DNA of 64,000 nucleotides from the NCBI RefSeq assembly GCF_009914755.1, contig NC_060927.1. One strand, written 5' to 3'. A program made the position numbers and the translations under genes. The notes beneath the pieces are model-generated. The model was not told where the DNA came from. It ran no database searches and worked only from the letters and a program-made list of their open reading frames with translations. Origin of the DNA: the human T2T-CHM13v2.0 reference genome, Homo sapiens. Of the stretch, positions 13,300 through 28,269 are shown piece by piece; the stretch's first letter is position 1; each line of letters starts with the position of its first letter.

Positions 13300-14000
13300 C
13301 TTACGTCTATTGCTAGAGTCTCTACGAGATTGTCTCTCTTCCACCAGCCAGGCTCTACCATAAAGGACATTAAGTGTAGGTTCCTAAACTGCCATGAATA
13401 TGGAAGACATGTTCTTGGTGTTTCAGTTTATCAATTTGAAATACACTTGCTAGATAGAAGCATTAAAACAATATAAAAAAAATGATGAGGGTCCCTAGTA
13501 TTATTAGTATGTTTCTTCAGCTACATTATGGGTTAAAAATATTTGTTTGAACTGCCCTGTGCCCTAAGCACTGTTTTTACAAATGCATCCCTGGTTTCCA
13601 ACCAGATATTTTTCAGACAGATTGGTGGAACCTGAGTTGTCAGCTGGAAATTTCTTGTGCAATCATAATTCAAGATTGTAATGATGACCTTGGAGCTCTT
13701 TAACATGCAAACATGGCTTTTGAATGAAAAAGGAATGATTACCTTTTCTTTCATCTATTTTTAGATTTATTTTTCTATATTGTATTTCTTTAAAGAGTGA
13801 TAATCTTCTATACAGGATAGATAGAATAACTCAATTGATCACTCCCCACTAAAGCCTCTATCATTTGACCAGATAAGATAACAAAAAGTTTACTATACTC
13901 AAGAGTCTCCTTTGGTAAAATAGAAACCTATGATTCTAGGTTATCTTTGAGACCTGGGGAAAGTAACAGAGATGAATTGTTTCATCTTCCTGTCTGAACA
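13300..14000 (+). pseudogene. Cadherin relic (~2 EC repeats)
   Basis: TD-GG-PELSA (13617-13645), LEISCAIIIQDCNDD (13644-13688), LYRIDRIT, ETYDS. Confidence 0.65.
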
Positions 14001-16751
14001 CCCTCTCGAGAAAAAAATACTTTTTGAAAAATGAGATAAAATGGTGTCTAGTGAGTCATGATTTCAGGTTAGTGCAAGTCCAAAGCACTCAGGAGGGTCT
14101 ACTTTGTGTGTCTCAATTAACAGTACACATTCATAGGACTCCTTCAGTTCCCTGAGTGTAGTCAAATTATCTGTTACCTAATCTGTTCAGTGGCCTCATC
14201 AGGCCACACAGGAGGGGAAGGAGGCACAGCTGGCTCAAGAGCAGCACCTGGGCATCATGGGAAGCTTCCAGCTACTGAGCTCAAGCCACTGATGCCTCTC
14301 TTCTGCCTTTTCATTGCTGTCTGTGTTTAGACTGTGGGAATCTATGTAGAGAATATGCATTGAGGATCATGGACCTTATGAATGAAAAGGGGTTGATGGT
14401 GAAACTTGGACTTCAGGAGCCACTTCTTTGTTTTTGCTAAGCTTTCCTGGGCAAAAGCTCTGGAGAGAAACAAAGGAAGGAGGGACTGGCAGGGTTGAAG
14501 TCCCTTTTACTTAGACTATTGCTTGTTCTCTGTTTCTCATTGCAGGCTGCAGTCTGGTGTGTAATCTGAAACAGAAAAGTTACAGATCTTCTGTTAGGGC
14601 ACCTTGAAGTGGACATTAGGCTTGGATAAAAGAAGCTCTGGTTCTTGTGTAGAAGCAGAAAATCTGAAGTCAGGTTCTGAGCAATTTTACTTCTAAAAAT
14701 TTATCCTAAGGAAATAATGCTGGTGGGGATTATGACTTATCTGTCAATCTGTAGAAATACTGCCAAGGTCTGAAATAGAGTGCAATGGTTATGTGTATGC
14801 TCTGGAACAGAAATGTCTTAAGTTCAAGTTTTAGCTCTGTAGTTTACTGAATGTGTGACCTCGACCATATTGTTTAACTTCTTTTCATCTGAGTTTACTT
14901 CATTTCTAAAGGGAAGATTTTCATTGTATCCATTTCATAGGATTTGGGTACACATTAAATTAGTTGAAAGTTGTAAATTGCTTACCACAATGCATTCCAC
15001 ATAAACTGAATAAACATTAGCTGTTATTATTATCAGGTGGTTTATCACAGCATCGTTTATAAGAATAAAAAATTGAAATGACATAAATATCTATTTTAAG
15101 AGACTAAAGAAACCATTATATAATGATTCTTCCATGTAATGTGAGACTTTACAGCTATTAAAGCTGATGTTTATAAGACTCTTTAATGGCATGGAAAAAT
15201 ATTGCTTAATGGAAAAAACAAGTTACAGATGTTATTCTTAGGGCAATTCCATTTGTTAAACATATTATGTAGATACATACAGAAAAAGAAGATAGTATAC
15301 ACACACAGTGTTAGCCATATGATCACAGATGACTTTTTTTTTGTCCTTAGTTTTGTTTTCTATCATAAAAAAGTGTTAAATTTGCAATCAGAGAAAAGCG
15401 TATATATTTTATTAGGGCAACAACAATTTGGTTTCAGTAATTTAATCTTTCTGTTTATAAAATGGGAATAAAAGTAATTCCCATGTCATAAGATGGTTGT
15501 CAGAGTTTTCAACACATTGGTTCTTCTTCACCGTGGCCTGCTGGGCCACCTGATAGAATGAGCCCAGTAATCATCTTCCAGCACATTCTCCTGACTGATG
15601 TGCTTCATATCATTTCTCCCTCTCTGAAATTAAGCTTGTTTATTTGTATTTTTTTTTCTTTTTATCTTTTCTCTCTGAAATGAAAACTCCCTATCTAGGG
15701 GACCTTATCAGTCTTGTTCACAGCTGAAGTGCTTAGAATATTGCTTGGTAGCTCAGGTATTCAATAAATAATTGTTGAATGAATAATGAATATCAATAAG
15801 TTTTGCAAAGTGCTCTAGAAAAATGTTAACTGCTGTTATTAGAAACAGTGATATAGTTCACTCCGAATCCCTAAAAAACCAACTAGATCAAAAAGCTGTT
15901 CTCCAGTGCAGTGACTATGTGAAATGCCATATCAGGAGCTAGCACTTAGACTGGCTTACTACATGCCTGGCCATGTTCTCAGGAATAAAATGGTTATCTA
16001 GTTTAACTACTTGCCTTGTTATCTTGTGTAATCCTCAGAGCAATAATATGAGGTCTGTTACTTCCTTGTTTACAAATTCTGCAATTTTGCAAAAAAAAGG
16101 TAAAAAGCATAAGGAAGTCAAATAACTTGCTCAAGTTCACACAACTAATAGAACACAGATTAGGATTGACACCCAGGGAATCTGGCTCTTATTTTGTGCT
16201 TGTAATCACTACCCTATAATACAAATGCCAAGGATCTCTAAAAATTATCTGTACGTGGAATTATGCATACATTTGTGTATGCAGACTCAAGTACTCAGGT
16301 GATTGCCAGTTCAGAGTCAGGCCAAGTTGTTTAGTAATATCAAAAGAGAAACAGAAATTGTAAAAATTTAAAATGTTAAAAATAAAAAGAATAAATCAAT
16401 AAACCAAACTGAATTCTATAGTATTTTATGCTTAAAAGCAGCTTTCATATAGTATCTCTTTTTATTGATCTCAGATGTCTTGAATTCAAAGCTAATCTTG
16501 GAAATATTTTATATTCAAAGGTTAATGGCCTAAATATGTAAAGGGCACTTAAAAATCAACAGAAAATTACTAATAATCTAAAACGAAAAATGAAATGGGT
16601 ATACTGAAACAGAAAATAAGAAATGCAAATGACTTTTAAATACATGAGGAAATGTTTATGTTTACTATTAGTCAAAAAATTAAGGCAAATTAATACAAGA
16701 CTGCCATTGTTGTCAAACAAATTGCTGAGCTTTACAAAAAGTGTAATTTTT

Positions 16752-17095
<344 letters not shown>

Positions 17096-17764
17096 TCATA
17101 AATGCCTAGGGGTATAAATTAGGATAAACTTCATGGCAACTAATTTGTCTCATTATTTTAAGAATCCTAAAACATCCATATACTATGCCTCATTAGTTTT
17201 TCTTTGAGCAAATAATCAGAGATGCATAAAGTATTTTTACTCATCCGAGTTTTATTTATAATTATTTACAAATGAAAGAGAGAGAGCTCTCGACCAGCAA
17301 ATTAACTGAGAAATAATTGAATAAATAATTGTATATATTTAAAAATATTTTCAATCTACTAGAATAGTGCTTATGATTAAAAGCTGTGTGAAGAAAAAAA
17401 GCAGGGACTTAAATACCAAAATCATATTAAAATGCATACGCATGAATGAAAAAAGTATGGATGGATTTTCAACAAAGCAACCCCTTTAGTTTCTTCTGAA
17501 TACAAGATTGTCTGTTTTTACTTTTATTCTTTATGTTGTTTTTTCTGTATTTCCTATTGTTTTAAACAATGATCAGAAAAATAAGCATTATTAAAAATAA
17601 ATGTACAGCCCCAAAAAATAGCATAAGTTACTGATTTTCCTCAGCACAAAGTCCATTTTAACAATAGCTTTGTACCAAGCAGTAGAACTCTTGTAAACAC
17701 AGATTTAAAGACATTAAACCTTGAGATGCCTGTCAATTAAAAGGGAAAATAATGTTAAAGAGAG

Positions 17765-18408
17765 TATGAAAAACAGCATGGAAGTTCCTCAAAAAGTTAA
17801 AAAAAAAAAAAAAAGGAACTACCATACAATCCAGTAATCCCACTCCTGGTTATATATCCAAAATAAATAAAATAAGTAGCTTGAAAAGATGTCTGCATTT
17901 CCATGTTCATTTCAGCTTCATTCATAATAGCCAAGACAGGGAAATGACCCAAATGACCATTGATGAATGAATAGATAAAGAAATTGTGGTATATTTATAC
18001 CATCGAATATTATTCAGCCATAAAAAGGACTAAAATCCTGTCATTTGCAGCAACATGGATAAACATTGAGGGCATTATGCTAAGTGAAATAAGTCAGACA
18101 GAGAACGACAAATATTACGTGATTTCACTTACATGTGGAGTCTGAAAAAGTCAAACTCACAGAAGCAGAGAGTTGAAAAGTTATTGCCAAAGGCTGGAGG
18201 TTGGGGGAAATGAAGATGCGTTGATCAAAGAATACAAACTTACAGTTATAAGATAAATGAATTGTGGGGATCTAATGTATAGCATGGGTGGTGATAGATG
18301 CGTTAATTTGATTGTGATAATAATTATATATGTATATCAAATTGCATTGTACACCTTGAATATATATAATGTTTGTCACTTAAATACTAAAATGCAAAAA
18401 TAAAAAAG
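17765..18408 (+). mobile_element. L1MA-type 3' end
   Basis: aacagcatggaagttcctcaaaaag...gaactacca...tgtcatttgcagcaacatggat...tacagttataagataaat. Confidence 0.85.
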
Positions 18409-19729
18409 TTTAGTAATTCAAGACTGAAAAATGACAGTCAAATTCAAGCATTCCAAATGTACTTAGAATTTTATGAAAGTGTTATAGCAAAAATAAAAGA
18501 ACAAAAACAAAGAAATAAAGTCTTTCTGGAATCTGCAGAGGATTTTTTCATGTAGTTAGATACCATATAGTCACTGTATTGGGGTGGTTGCGGGGGGAGT
18601 CTTTTCAGTCTATTATTAAATGTCTTTTCTGCCTCATTGCTTTCTTTTTAAAGCTTCATTGCTTTTATCCCAGTTTTAAACACCATTGTTACCTCTGTTC
18701 TGCCAAAAGTTAATGCACCATTTATATACAGTCCCTTCCTAGGGCCTGCCATTCATCTTAACTATATAGCTCACACATGCAAGCATGTGAGTAGATGGCC
18801 CATCCACCTGCACAGGTTTCATTCAGTTCATCACATATTTCTTTCTGATCTTTGAGTAGGGGCTATCTGGTTCTGCTCCCAAGGTACTGGCTTTTCATTT
18901 TCTGTTTTCCCTTTTTAAATCATTTGTGCCTATTCCTTGTTTTAATTGGTTACTACTATGTTAAAAATCATTTGGCAGCTGGGATAGGAAGAATAAATCT
19001 CTCGATTTTGTCCTAACTGATTTTTATATCAGCTAGGGTAGGTTAAGTTATACTATGGTAACAAACGATCCCCAAATCTCAGTGGCTTAAAACAAGGTTT
19101 ATTCTTGCTTATACTTCATGTCTACTGTAGATTAGCAAGAGCCTCTGCTCACATCATCTTTTAACTCTAAACCCTGGTACACAGAGCAGCCATCATTTGG
19201 AATATGGCTACTTGCTCTGGCAGAGGAAGTAGGCACCCCACACTAGCAATTAAGTGCTCTGGCCATGAATCGACACATCTCAGCTCTGCTCATACCTTGA
19301 TATTCAGAACTAGTGCCATCACTCCACCCAGCAACTGAGGGTTGGGGCCAAAAATAGTACAGAAAGTAGAGAGCTGAGAATAGCTAGGAAGCAGAATCTA
19401 TAGCTACTTACTTCTTTCTCTAAAACGAAATATTTTTGAGACTTTGCTTTGAGTGATTCTTGAGAGCCAATTGCCCCTATTTAAACACATGTGTGCATAT
19501 CAGATTTTAACAAAACCAGCGAGCATTTTGATCATCTCCTGGGTGTCAGATACTGTACTGGGTGCTGGTGACACACAAGTGAATATAATGAAACACAGCT
19601 TCAAAAACCAACCAGTCTCGTTGGGAAAAAGAAGCATCAAACTGAGTAACTATAAAGCCACCTATATCAAGTGCTTTAAAAGAGGTATGAACCAAATTGC
19701 ATGGAAGCACAAAGTACAATGGAACCCAT

Positions 19730-20280
19730 GTAAGCCCCATCCATTCAGGCATTATTGACAATCAAAAGATGGATTTATCATGGGAAACAGAATAGGGACC
19801 TCAGCCCTCTGCATTTATTTCACCACTTCCTCCTGTGCATACATCTACATGTAACCCACACATCAGATGTCTCCTTGAGAAGTAGATGAGTTTGAATTGA
19901 GCCCACAACTTCAGGTCTAGGGAAAAAGCCAAATCCAATTATAAGATTGCTGCAACTTTTAAGGAAGCTTACATTCTCCTTGTCATCTTTTTTTTTTTTT
20001 TTTCCTGTGGGGTTCTGCTTCCCACACTGTGTCTCATATTATGTTACTCCCAAATGTGATCTGCAGCTCATTTGATTTCCACAAAAGAAGCAATTTATAC
20101 CAAACCATGTTTGTACAATAGGCTTCACAGAACATTTGGTGGGAAGAGTGGGGCAGTAAAAAGAGAGACATACGTTCTGCAACACAGTCAACTGCAAATG
20201 AAGCATGAAAGCATTCTGAAAATACCCTGAAACCAACACAGCATAGAGAGGAGCCCCAGTGGCCCTTCACTCTACTTAGT
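19730..20280 (+). pseudogene. Cadherin relic
   Basis: SGII..; SSFDFHKRSNLYQTMFVQ*AS (20065-20127) resembles FDFE...Y...VQA; FGGKS. Confidence 0.5.
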
Positions 20281-21367
20281 CTCTTCTTCTCCCTATCTTG
20301 GGGTCTTTTCTTTCCCTCCTTTCTCTTCTCTCTTTCTGATTTATTTATTTTTGGTACCAATTAGAAGAGGCTAGATTATTGCTGCAGTAATAGGCAATCT
20401 CCCGAATCGTATTGGTTTAAAATAACAAAGGGTTATTTCTTGCTTACATTACAAGTCTATTGTTGATTATTGGGGGCTCTGTTTCGTATCATCCCTGTAC
20501 ATCAAAAGCAAAAGAAATGCTTGTACTTACATGGCATAATGTACTGCTCATCTTTTGAGGCCAGGGTTCTAGCCAAACCTAAATCCTTGTGACTTTACTT
20601 TATCCTGACAGAATTCTCGTAGTATTTTCCCAAATCGAGATAGTTACATCTCTGAGATAACCTCTTGTGCCAACTGTTTAGATAATGTATTTTTCTTAAA
20701 ACAAATATCAATTTACAATATATGCCTGTTTACAGGACTGGTACAGTCCCCTCTTTTGGAAGCCTGGGGAGGAGACTTGAGCCAGAAGAAAGCAGGTTTA
20801 GCAGGTTAGATAATAAAATATGTATGGAGATCTATCTAAACATTCCTTCCCTCCCTCCCTTCTTTTCCTCCCCTCCCCTCCCCTTCCTTTCCTTTATTTT
20901 TAACGTATTTATTTCTCTCTTCTTATCTTCCTCTTTTTTTCCCTCCTTCTATCCTTTCCTTTCTTTCTGCCTTCTTTCCTATTACTTATCTATCATCTGT
21001 CTATTCTGTAACTGGGTAAATGTTTCTAATCTAGCAAGAAAGACTTGGCTTATTGTTCTCATTGACAAAAAATTCATTCAAGAGAAGAGCTGCAGTGTAG
21101 AAGACACCTTATTGTACTGGGACCTAGGATATAATTCTAAACTCTGACTGGGTGACTTTGGGCAAATCACTCTCTTGGCCCATCTTTCTTCATCTACAAT
21201 AGGAGGAAAGGCTTTTGAGATTCATCTCATCTCTGAATTTTTAAGTTTATGAACATTTTAACTATGACAAGATTTTTAGATTTCTAAGCTTTAATATTTT
21301 AAAATACTACAAAAACAGGTAGTTTAAGTAGAATATTGCTTTGTGCTCTCTTTCTAAAATACATAGC

Positions 21368-22660
21368 AGATGATACAATAACACATCAATATAAAGTCTA
21401 TGAGACTCATCTGAAATTGGTCTTTGTGCAGAGCAGTCACCCTTCATCCTTCATATATACATCCTTCATCCTTCATGCTTCAGATATATCTAGTCAGAAA
21501 AAAAATAAAAACAAGCGTGCTGTTTTTCCTAGACGCTTGCCTTATTCTCACTGCCTGCAAATTTTGACCCTAGAAAGCTTTTCAATGAGTTACTTGGAGA
21601 AAGATTCATTGTTGGCGTATAATAACCAAAGAGCTGTTCATCTAAAAAGAGATTCAGCTTTCCAGGTTGTATGTGAAATAGCCTTAGCAGTGATGATGAT
21701 TCTGGTTATGGAAAAATAAATACAGTGAAATTGCAGTGAGAACCATTCCACAGCAAACACAGGTGAATAAAAGTGGATGGCATTTCAAAACTAAGATATT
21801 TTTGCTAAAACCCCAGCATTGGTTAGATACACTTTCATTTGCATGAAAGAAGCAGGGCAAATGGAGGAAATAAAAGGACAAGCAAGTCAACAGAAGTATT
21901 AGTGTGGATAAAAACAAATGCCTGGCAGCCTTATACAAAAGAAGATATTTTGTGTTGTTGGGTTTTTTGTTTTTCAATTTTTTAATTTTCTATTTTTGTG
22001 GGTATGCAGTAGGTGTATATATTTATGGGGTACATGAGATGTTTTGATACAGGCATGCAATGCGTAATAATCACATCCTAGAGAATGGGGTATCCATCCC
22101 CTCAAGCATTTATCTTTTGTGTTATAAACAATCCAATTACACTATTTTAGTTATTTTAAAATGGACAGTTATTATTGACTATAGTTACCCTGTTCAGCTA
22201 TCAAATAGTAGGTCTTATTTATTCTTTCTATTTTTTGTACCCATTAACAGTGCTCACCACCCCCAACCCCTCCACAACCCTTCCCAGCCTCTGATAACTA
22301 TCCTTCTACTCTCTATGTTCATTTCAATTGTTTTGATTCAAAAGATCTTTTATTTCAATATGAATGTGTAAAAAAAGTTCATTGTTATCAGAGTGTTTTG
22401 CAAAGCATACTTTAGGTCTTAAACATTCATGTTTTTGTGTCTAAACCAAGGAGTATGTCACTTGGTAGTAACGGAAATGAAATGTCCTCCATCTCAATGC
22501 CCACTAATTTGGATCCCCATGTACTCAACCAAATATCCACAGGAAGATTACATGGCTCTGTCCCTTTTACTGACTCTCCCAATGTTTCTTTGACTTGGTC
22601 TATTTCTAGTCCTGCAGCAATATATGTATTTTCATGATAAAGTGCTATATTAAATGTCTC
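21368..22660 (+). pseudogene. Cadherin relic exon split by an L1MA fragment
   Basis: AYNNQRAVHLKRDSAFQVVCEIALA-(fs)-DDDSGYGKI (21692-21718); STEVLVWIKTNAWQP (21887-21931); after the L1, PQEDYMA/SVP. Confidence 0.65.
21976..22336 (-). mobile_element. L1MA (L1MA2/3-like) 3' end
   Basis: gtaggtgtatatatttatggggtacatgagatgttttgatacaggcatgcaatg... Confidence 0.85.
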
Positions 22661-22872
22661 TGGGGTTTCAAAGACTTGAATTAAAAAAAAAAAAACTTCT
22701 AGAAAAGGATATTCTGAAATGCTGATAGATAAAATTTAAAATTAGAAATTAATATTATTTAATTTAAATAATTAGAGAATGCCATGGCAATTCTCAAAGC
22801 CTTCTTTTGTTTGAGGCAAATATTGAGCAAAATATTTTTATGTTATAAGAAAATGTTATCCAGTTATGCTAG

Positions 22873-23167
22873 TTTTTTTTTTTTTTTTTTGATATGGAGT
22901 CGTGCTCTGTCACCCAGACTGGAGTACAACAGTGCAGTCTCGGCTCACTGCAACCTCCGCCTCCTGGGTTGAAGCAATTCTCCTGCCTCAGCCTCCTGAG
23001 TAGCTGGGATTACACATGCCCACAACCATGCCTGGCTAATTTTTGTATTTTTAGTAGAGACGGGGTTTCATCACGTTGGCCAGGCTGGTCTCGAACTCCT
23101 GACCTCGTGATGCACCTGCCTCAGCCTCCCAAACTGCTGGGATTACAGGCATGAGCCACCGTGCCCT
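22873..23167 (-). mobile_element. AluS
   Basis: poly(T) plus both arms; tgctagt flanks both ends. Confidence 0.93.
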
Positions 23168-23671
23168 GCTGCTAGTGTTTTTTTTAGTAGTTATTTCAGT
23201 GAGAAAATTATGATAACACCATCATCAGTGGAAATGCATTGGTTTGTATAAGGTGTTTAATTTTTGTCCTGGTCATTTCACAATGCCTTATGGTCATTTT
23301 TATATTTACATAAATTTAAAATTTTGTAAATTGTTTTAATATAATTATTGTAATGTAAATTGTTATATATTTAATAGTTCATGCCTCCCCAAGGAATGGA
23401 TGAAGGAAGTCTCAGAGGTCTATTAAATTATTTGAATTCTTATGCAGTTTAATATCCATCTTAATGTAATATAATATTTTAAAAGAATTCTACATTTGTG
23501 TAATGTAGAATTGTGTAGATTTCCTTTAAAATGTATGTAAAACATTTCTTGAGTTATAAATATTTCTTTCAATCCAAATATTCCGTGTGTTTAGAATATA
23601 ACATTACTTACTTTTGTTGGTATAATTGAATTATTCTGATGATCAAAATCACATGTGTATGTGAAGTTATT

Positions 23672-24240
23672 TGTGGTAGTTTTAAAACATAGTTGTAAGT
23701 TCTTTGATAATTCTCCCATTGAGAGCTGGCAGCTAAGTCCTCTCCCCTTGAATCTGGGTCAGCCTGTGACTTCTTCCATTAATACAGTGACCTGGAAGTT
23801 ATGTTATGTGATTTCTAATGCTGGGTCATAACAAACCGTGAAGCTCTTGTTGTCTGCTGAAATACCTGCCTTGGTGCTCTTAGGCATCATGTAAGAATAT
23901 CATCAATACCTTGAGACTTCCATGCTCTGAAGGAGCCCGAGCCATGTAAAAAGGCCAGATAAAGACTGACGTTGGAATTAGCTCAGTCCTGCCTTCAGTA
24001 CATTTTTGCTTAGTCACCAGACATGTGAAGGAAGTCTGTCTATCACGTTAGCCCCCAGTCATCCTAGTCACCCCCAGTCATTGAACTCTTCCCAGCTGAG
24101 GAATCAAATGATGTAACCATCAGATGATAGCCATCCCTGCTATGCCTTACACTGAATTCTTGACCCCAAAATTCATGAGCATAGAAAATTGATTGCTGCT
24201 TTATGCTACTACTTTTGGATTGGTATTTGACACAGCAAAA
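23672..24240 (+). mobile_element. MLT1F/G-like MaLR LTR
   Basis: tgtggtagttttaaaacatagttgtaagttctttgat...cccttgaatctggg...gaattcttgacccc. Confidence 0.65.
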
Positions 24241-24779
24241 TTTATTGTAATTTTTCTGGATGATGTATATATTTACATTCTTCCATTATTGCATGTACTT
24301 CTAAAATACTCAGACCAGCAAATAAATTAAACACATACAATAATATGAAACAGCAGAGTGTTGCTGATTATGCAATATAAACCATTTCTAAGTTTACCTT
24401 TTCTTTTTATAAAAACATATATTCCTAATATATCCAGGGTATAAAAAATTGCATTAAAAGATTTAGTGTCTCTCTAGATGTTTATAGTATTTAGGGAGCA
24501 TGTGACAGTCTTTTATAGCACTATAAAAAGTGTGTCAGTCATTTCCAAACTTTTTTGAATACGCATCCACCAGTGTATTCATGCACAAATTCACAAAGAC
24601 AAAAAAATAAAAGAACGAGATGAAAACTGAATAGAAATAGAAATTTTCAAAATTTTGCTTGATGCCACAATTAAATGTCTTGCCAACCTGTCAAAGTACC
24701 CACATCTTACTCTAAAGATCACTGAACTTAACAGTGGATAAAAAAGAATATCCAAATATTTTTGAAATGGTACAAAAAT

Positions 24780-25110
24780 GTAAGTTAACTATTTGGGCTC
24801 ATCACCAGTTTCATCCTCTCACACTTATATTGACTTTTGTGATAATCACATCCATTATTTTACGAACTTAGCCTTCAAGAGAGAATAATGAATGGATCAT
24901 TGACTGAACTGCAGTCAATAGGCTATTATAATTTCCCTTAATACAGCAATATTGAAGAGTCCCAGTTTGTTTGAAAGCTTACAGTTGCTGAACAACTATA
25001 AAAAATGAATATGCATTATAATGAAGACACTGAGAAAACATTCTGAAAAGTTTAGTAATTAGAAAGAAAGAGCAAAAAGTCACAAAACAAGAAAACTATT
25101 TTCAAGGTTA
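24780..25110 (+). pseudogene. Weak cadherin relic
   Basis: IDFCDNHIHYF, KLTVAEQL, EYAL; ends at aag|gttaag. Confidence 0.3.
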
Positions 25111-25364
25111 AGTTGTTTTAGAATTTGGCTAAGTTTGTGATATATGTTTATGAGGTGCAAATTTGATTTCTAATCCAGCCTACATTTACTTCATGTTTAC
25201 TGTATGCTAGATATACTGAATGCTTTCTCTCAGATATTATTTAAACGGCCAGCCTCAGATACCTCTAATCTTTCCTATTCAAAATCATTTATATTGGGAA
25301 TTTTTAAAAAATAGATGAAATGAGAGAGATATATTACATTTTAAGGAAATCATGCTATATGATA

Positions 25365-25560
25365 AAGGTCAGAAAATGTGGCCTGCCTATTTGTTCTGTC
25401 AATAAAGTTTTACTGAAACACAACTCATTTGTTTACATATTGTCTTGCTCTTGTGCTACAACCGTAGAGGTGAGTAGTTGTGTTAGAGACTATATGGCCT
25501 GGAAAGCTTACAATATATACAATCTGGTTCATTATAGAAAAAACTCGCTGGACCCTGATT
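25365..25560. mobile_element. MER58A-like hAT MITE
   Basis: aaataaagttttactgaaacaca...gagtagttgtgttagagactatatggcct. Confidence 0.6.
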
Positions 25561-25843
25561 TAAGAGATATGCTAAACCAACTTCTTTACTTCACTACAGT
25601 TTGCTAGCAGTCAGGACAGAATGCTATTTCATAGTGGGTGGGGTGGCTCAAGTGGTTTGTAAAGAAAATTAGTGCCTTTCACCTAGAAAGTGATACTTTA
25701 AATTGTCACTGATTGGCATTATTAACCTAGTCAAGCAAATTAGTACTTCACACTTGAGATAAATCAGGTTGGAAAAATTAAAAAAAATAACCTGTGAGAT
25801 TATGAAATAGTGTACATTTAAAACATGTTCACTATTGGGTTAC

Positions 25844-27241
25844 TGTAACCACCCAATGGGTTGGTTCACCTGGCCTGCTGCCTAGATGTTACCAGTGGAA
25901 GGTACCAGGGTTACTGGTGGTGAATCTGTATGGGTCTGCAGCAACTTCAATTCTTGCCTCCTCAGAAGAAATGATTCAACTGAGAAGCATAAGGCAGGAA
26001 AAGGGACTGAGGCAAGTTTCAGAGCAGAAGTTGAAGTTTATTTAAAAAGGCTTTAGAATAGGAAAGAAAGGAAAGTACACGTGGAAAAAACCTGAGTAGG
26101 CACATGAAGGTCAAGTGCAGTGTTTAACCTTGATCCTAGGACTTTATAGGCTGGCCCTTTCCAGTGATTCTTCCCTTAGGGTGCGTTGCCTGCTTGGCAG
26201 GGCCTTCCTTGGGAATTGAGCACATGCATTGTATTGAGGAAGTTGTACGCATCCCCATCTGATGCTTTTTCCCCTTTTCTAGTGGGGTGCCCCTAGAAGG
26301 TCGTACTATGCCATTTTGTCTCCTAATGCATATGCCCAAGATGTTGCTTCTCCTTGGCATCTGCGTTCAGTTAACATTTTACTGCAACAGGTGTGGACAA
26401 TTAGGAAATGGCCTCCCCCTGGCGCCAGCTGCCAGTTTATCACTTTTAGAGAGACAATGCAATCTTTGTCAAACCATAACCTGACTTTCCTAGTGGGTCG
26501 GGGAGCCCCCTCTCCTGCCCTGCTCATGCCTGTCTAATTACCTGTAACATAGACAGATCTGATTTATCAAGATGGGGGAATCGCAATGGAGAAAGAGTAA
26601 TTCACGCAGAGCTGGCTGTGCAGGAGACCAGAGTTTTATTATTATTCAAATCAGTTTCTCTGAGAATTTGGGGATTGGAGTTTTCAAGGATAATTTGGCG
26701 GGTAGGTGTTTGGGAAGAGGGGAGTGCTGATTGTTCAGGTTGGAGATGGAATCACAGGGATCAAAGTGAGGTTTTTTTTGCTGTCTTCTGTTCCCGGATG
26801 GGATCACGGAGCTGGTTGAGCCAGATTAGCAGTCTGGGTAATGTCAGCTGATCCATGGAGTGCAGGGTCTGCAAAACATCTCAAGCACTAATCTTAGATT
26901 TTGCAATATATAGTAATGTTATCCCCAGGAGCAACCTGGGGAGGTTCAGACTCTTGCAGCCAGAGGCTGCATGACCCCTAGACTGTCATTTCTAATCTTG
27001 TAGCTAATTTGTTAGTCCTGCAAAGGAAGACTGATCCCCAGGCAAGAAGGGTGTCTTTTTGGGAAAGGACTATTATCAATTTTGTTTCAAGTGATAAACT
27101 AAATTCCTTCCCAAGGTTAGTTCAGCCTATGCCCAGGAATGAACAAGGCCAGCTTAAAGGTTAGAAGCAAGATGGAGTCAGTTGTCTGTCCCTTTTACTG
27201 TCATAATTTCCTCAGTTATAATTTTTGGAAAGGTGGTTTCA
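25844..27241 (-). mobile_element. LTR8-like ERV1 solo LTR (host of a nested LTR)
   Basis: tgtaaccacccaatggg...ctgcctaga|cagatctgatttatcaag...aaaggtggtttca; TG...CA termini. Confidence 0.8.
25887..26549 (-). mobile_element. MER50-like solo LTR nested in LTR8
   Basis: tgttaccagtgg...cctgtaaca with 4-bp TSD TAGA (25883-25886, 26550-26553). Confidence 0.8.
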
Positions 27242-28269
27242 GTACTTAGAATTTAGAGCCATTCAGCATCTTTCAAATGAGTGTAGAGAGTAATTTCTTT
27301 ATCTCTCTGGGGAAATACCTTTGATTTTATCATTTGCCCAGGTCTTTTTGGCTAGTGTTACCCTGGCTTGTGTGGCTATGCGTGTTGGGGCTAGAGTAAC
27401 AGCACTGGTGGGCTGAGTTACCAGGAGATAGAATGTGTTAGGCTGGGCTGTGTTTTGGTGTGGCTTTGATCTGAAACTATGTATGAAGACTTGAGCCAAG
27501 GTGAATATCAGAGGAATAGCATTAATCTATGAATTCTAAGACATATTTATATAAAGGAGGTTATGGTAGAATTCAGAAGAGGAAATAGGACGATCTTAAG
27601 AAATGGATTTAGTGCCTGACTAAATGAAATGAAATACTTCTGGATGACACAACTCAGGGGCCCTGGTGGCTTCCCTTTTTGGGGAATTGGTGAAAGGTGT
27701 GTGTCAGAATGGCTTAGCCGTTTCATTATTTTTCTTCCAAGTCAGGAAATCAGCCAGTTCCATTAGTTGTTGCTAATAAAGCTGTGCTGGGACAGATTGC
27801 ACATACCTACCCACCCAGTCCTACAGCCTTATTTATTTCTATCATTCATTGATGGTGGTGTTAAATGGAGAAGCCCATCAGATAATGCCTGGAACAGAGC
27901 ATCTACTCAGGATATGCTCACTAAATGAATTAAAATAATTTAACATTAGATATTCAGTGTGAGCATAATTGAACAGGTTTTCCTTCAGTTACTGTCACAA
28001 AAGAATGGCATCATGTAAATGTAAAATACAAATACATATAAATATAAAATGAATTAATCATCTAGTTTTCCACTTACTAGATTATTCCAGTCCAGTTTAA
28101 TTACAGGCTGTTTTCATGCCTACTCTGTTCTGCAGATAATCAAATCACGTATTTTTTCTAAAATGTAATTTTTTATAGCATTAGTTCAGCAAAGCATGAT
28201 GGAGAGAATAATAAGCCTTGAAAACCAGTTGCTATCTTACTTTTTACCTACTAGAGTTAGTCCTCTCCT

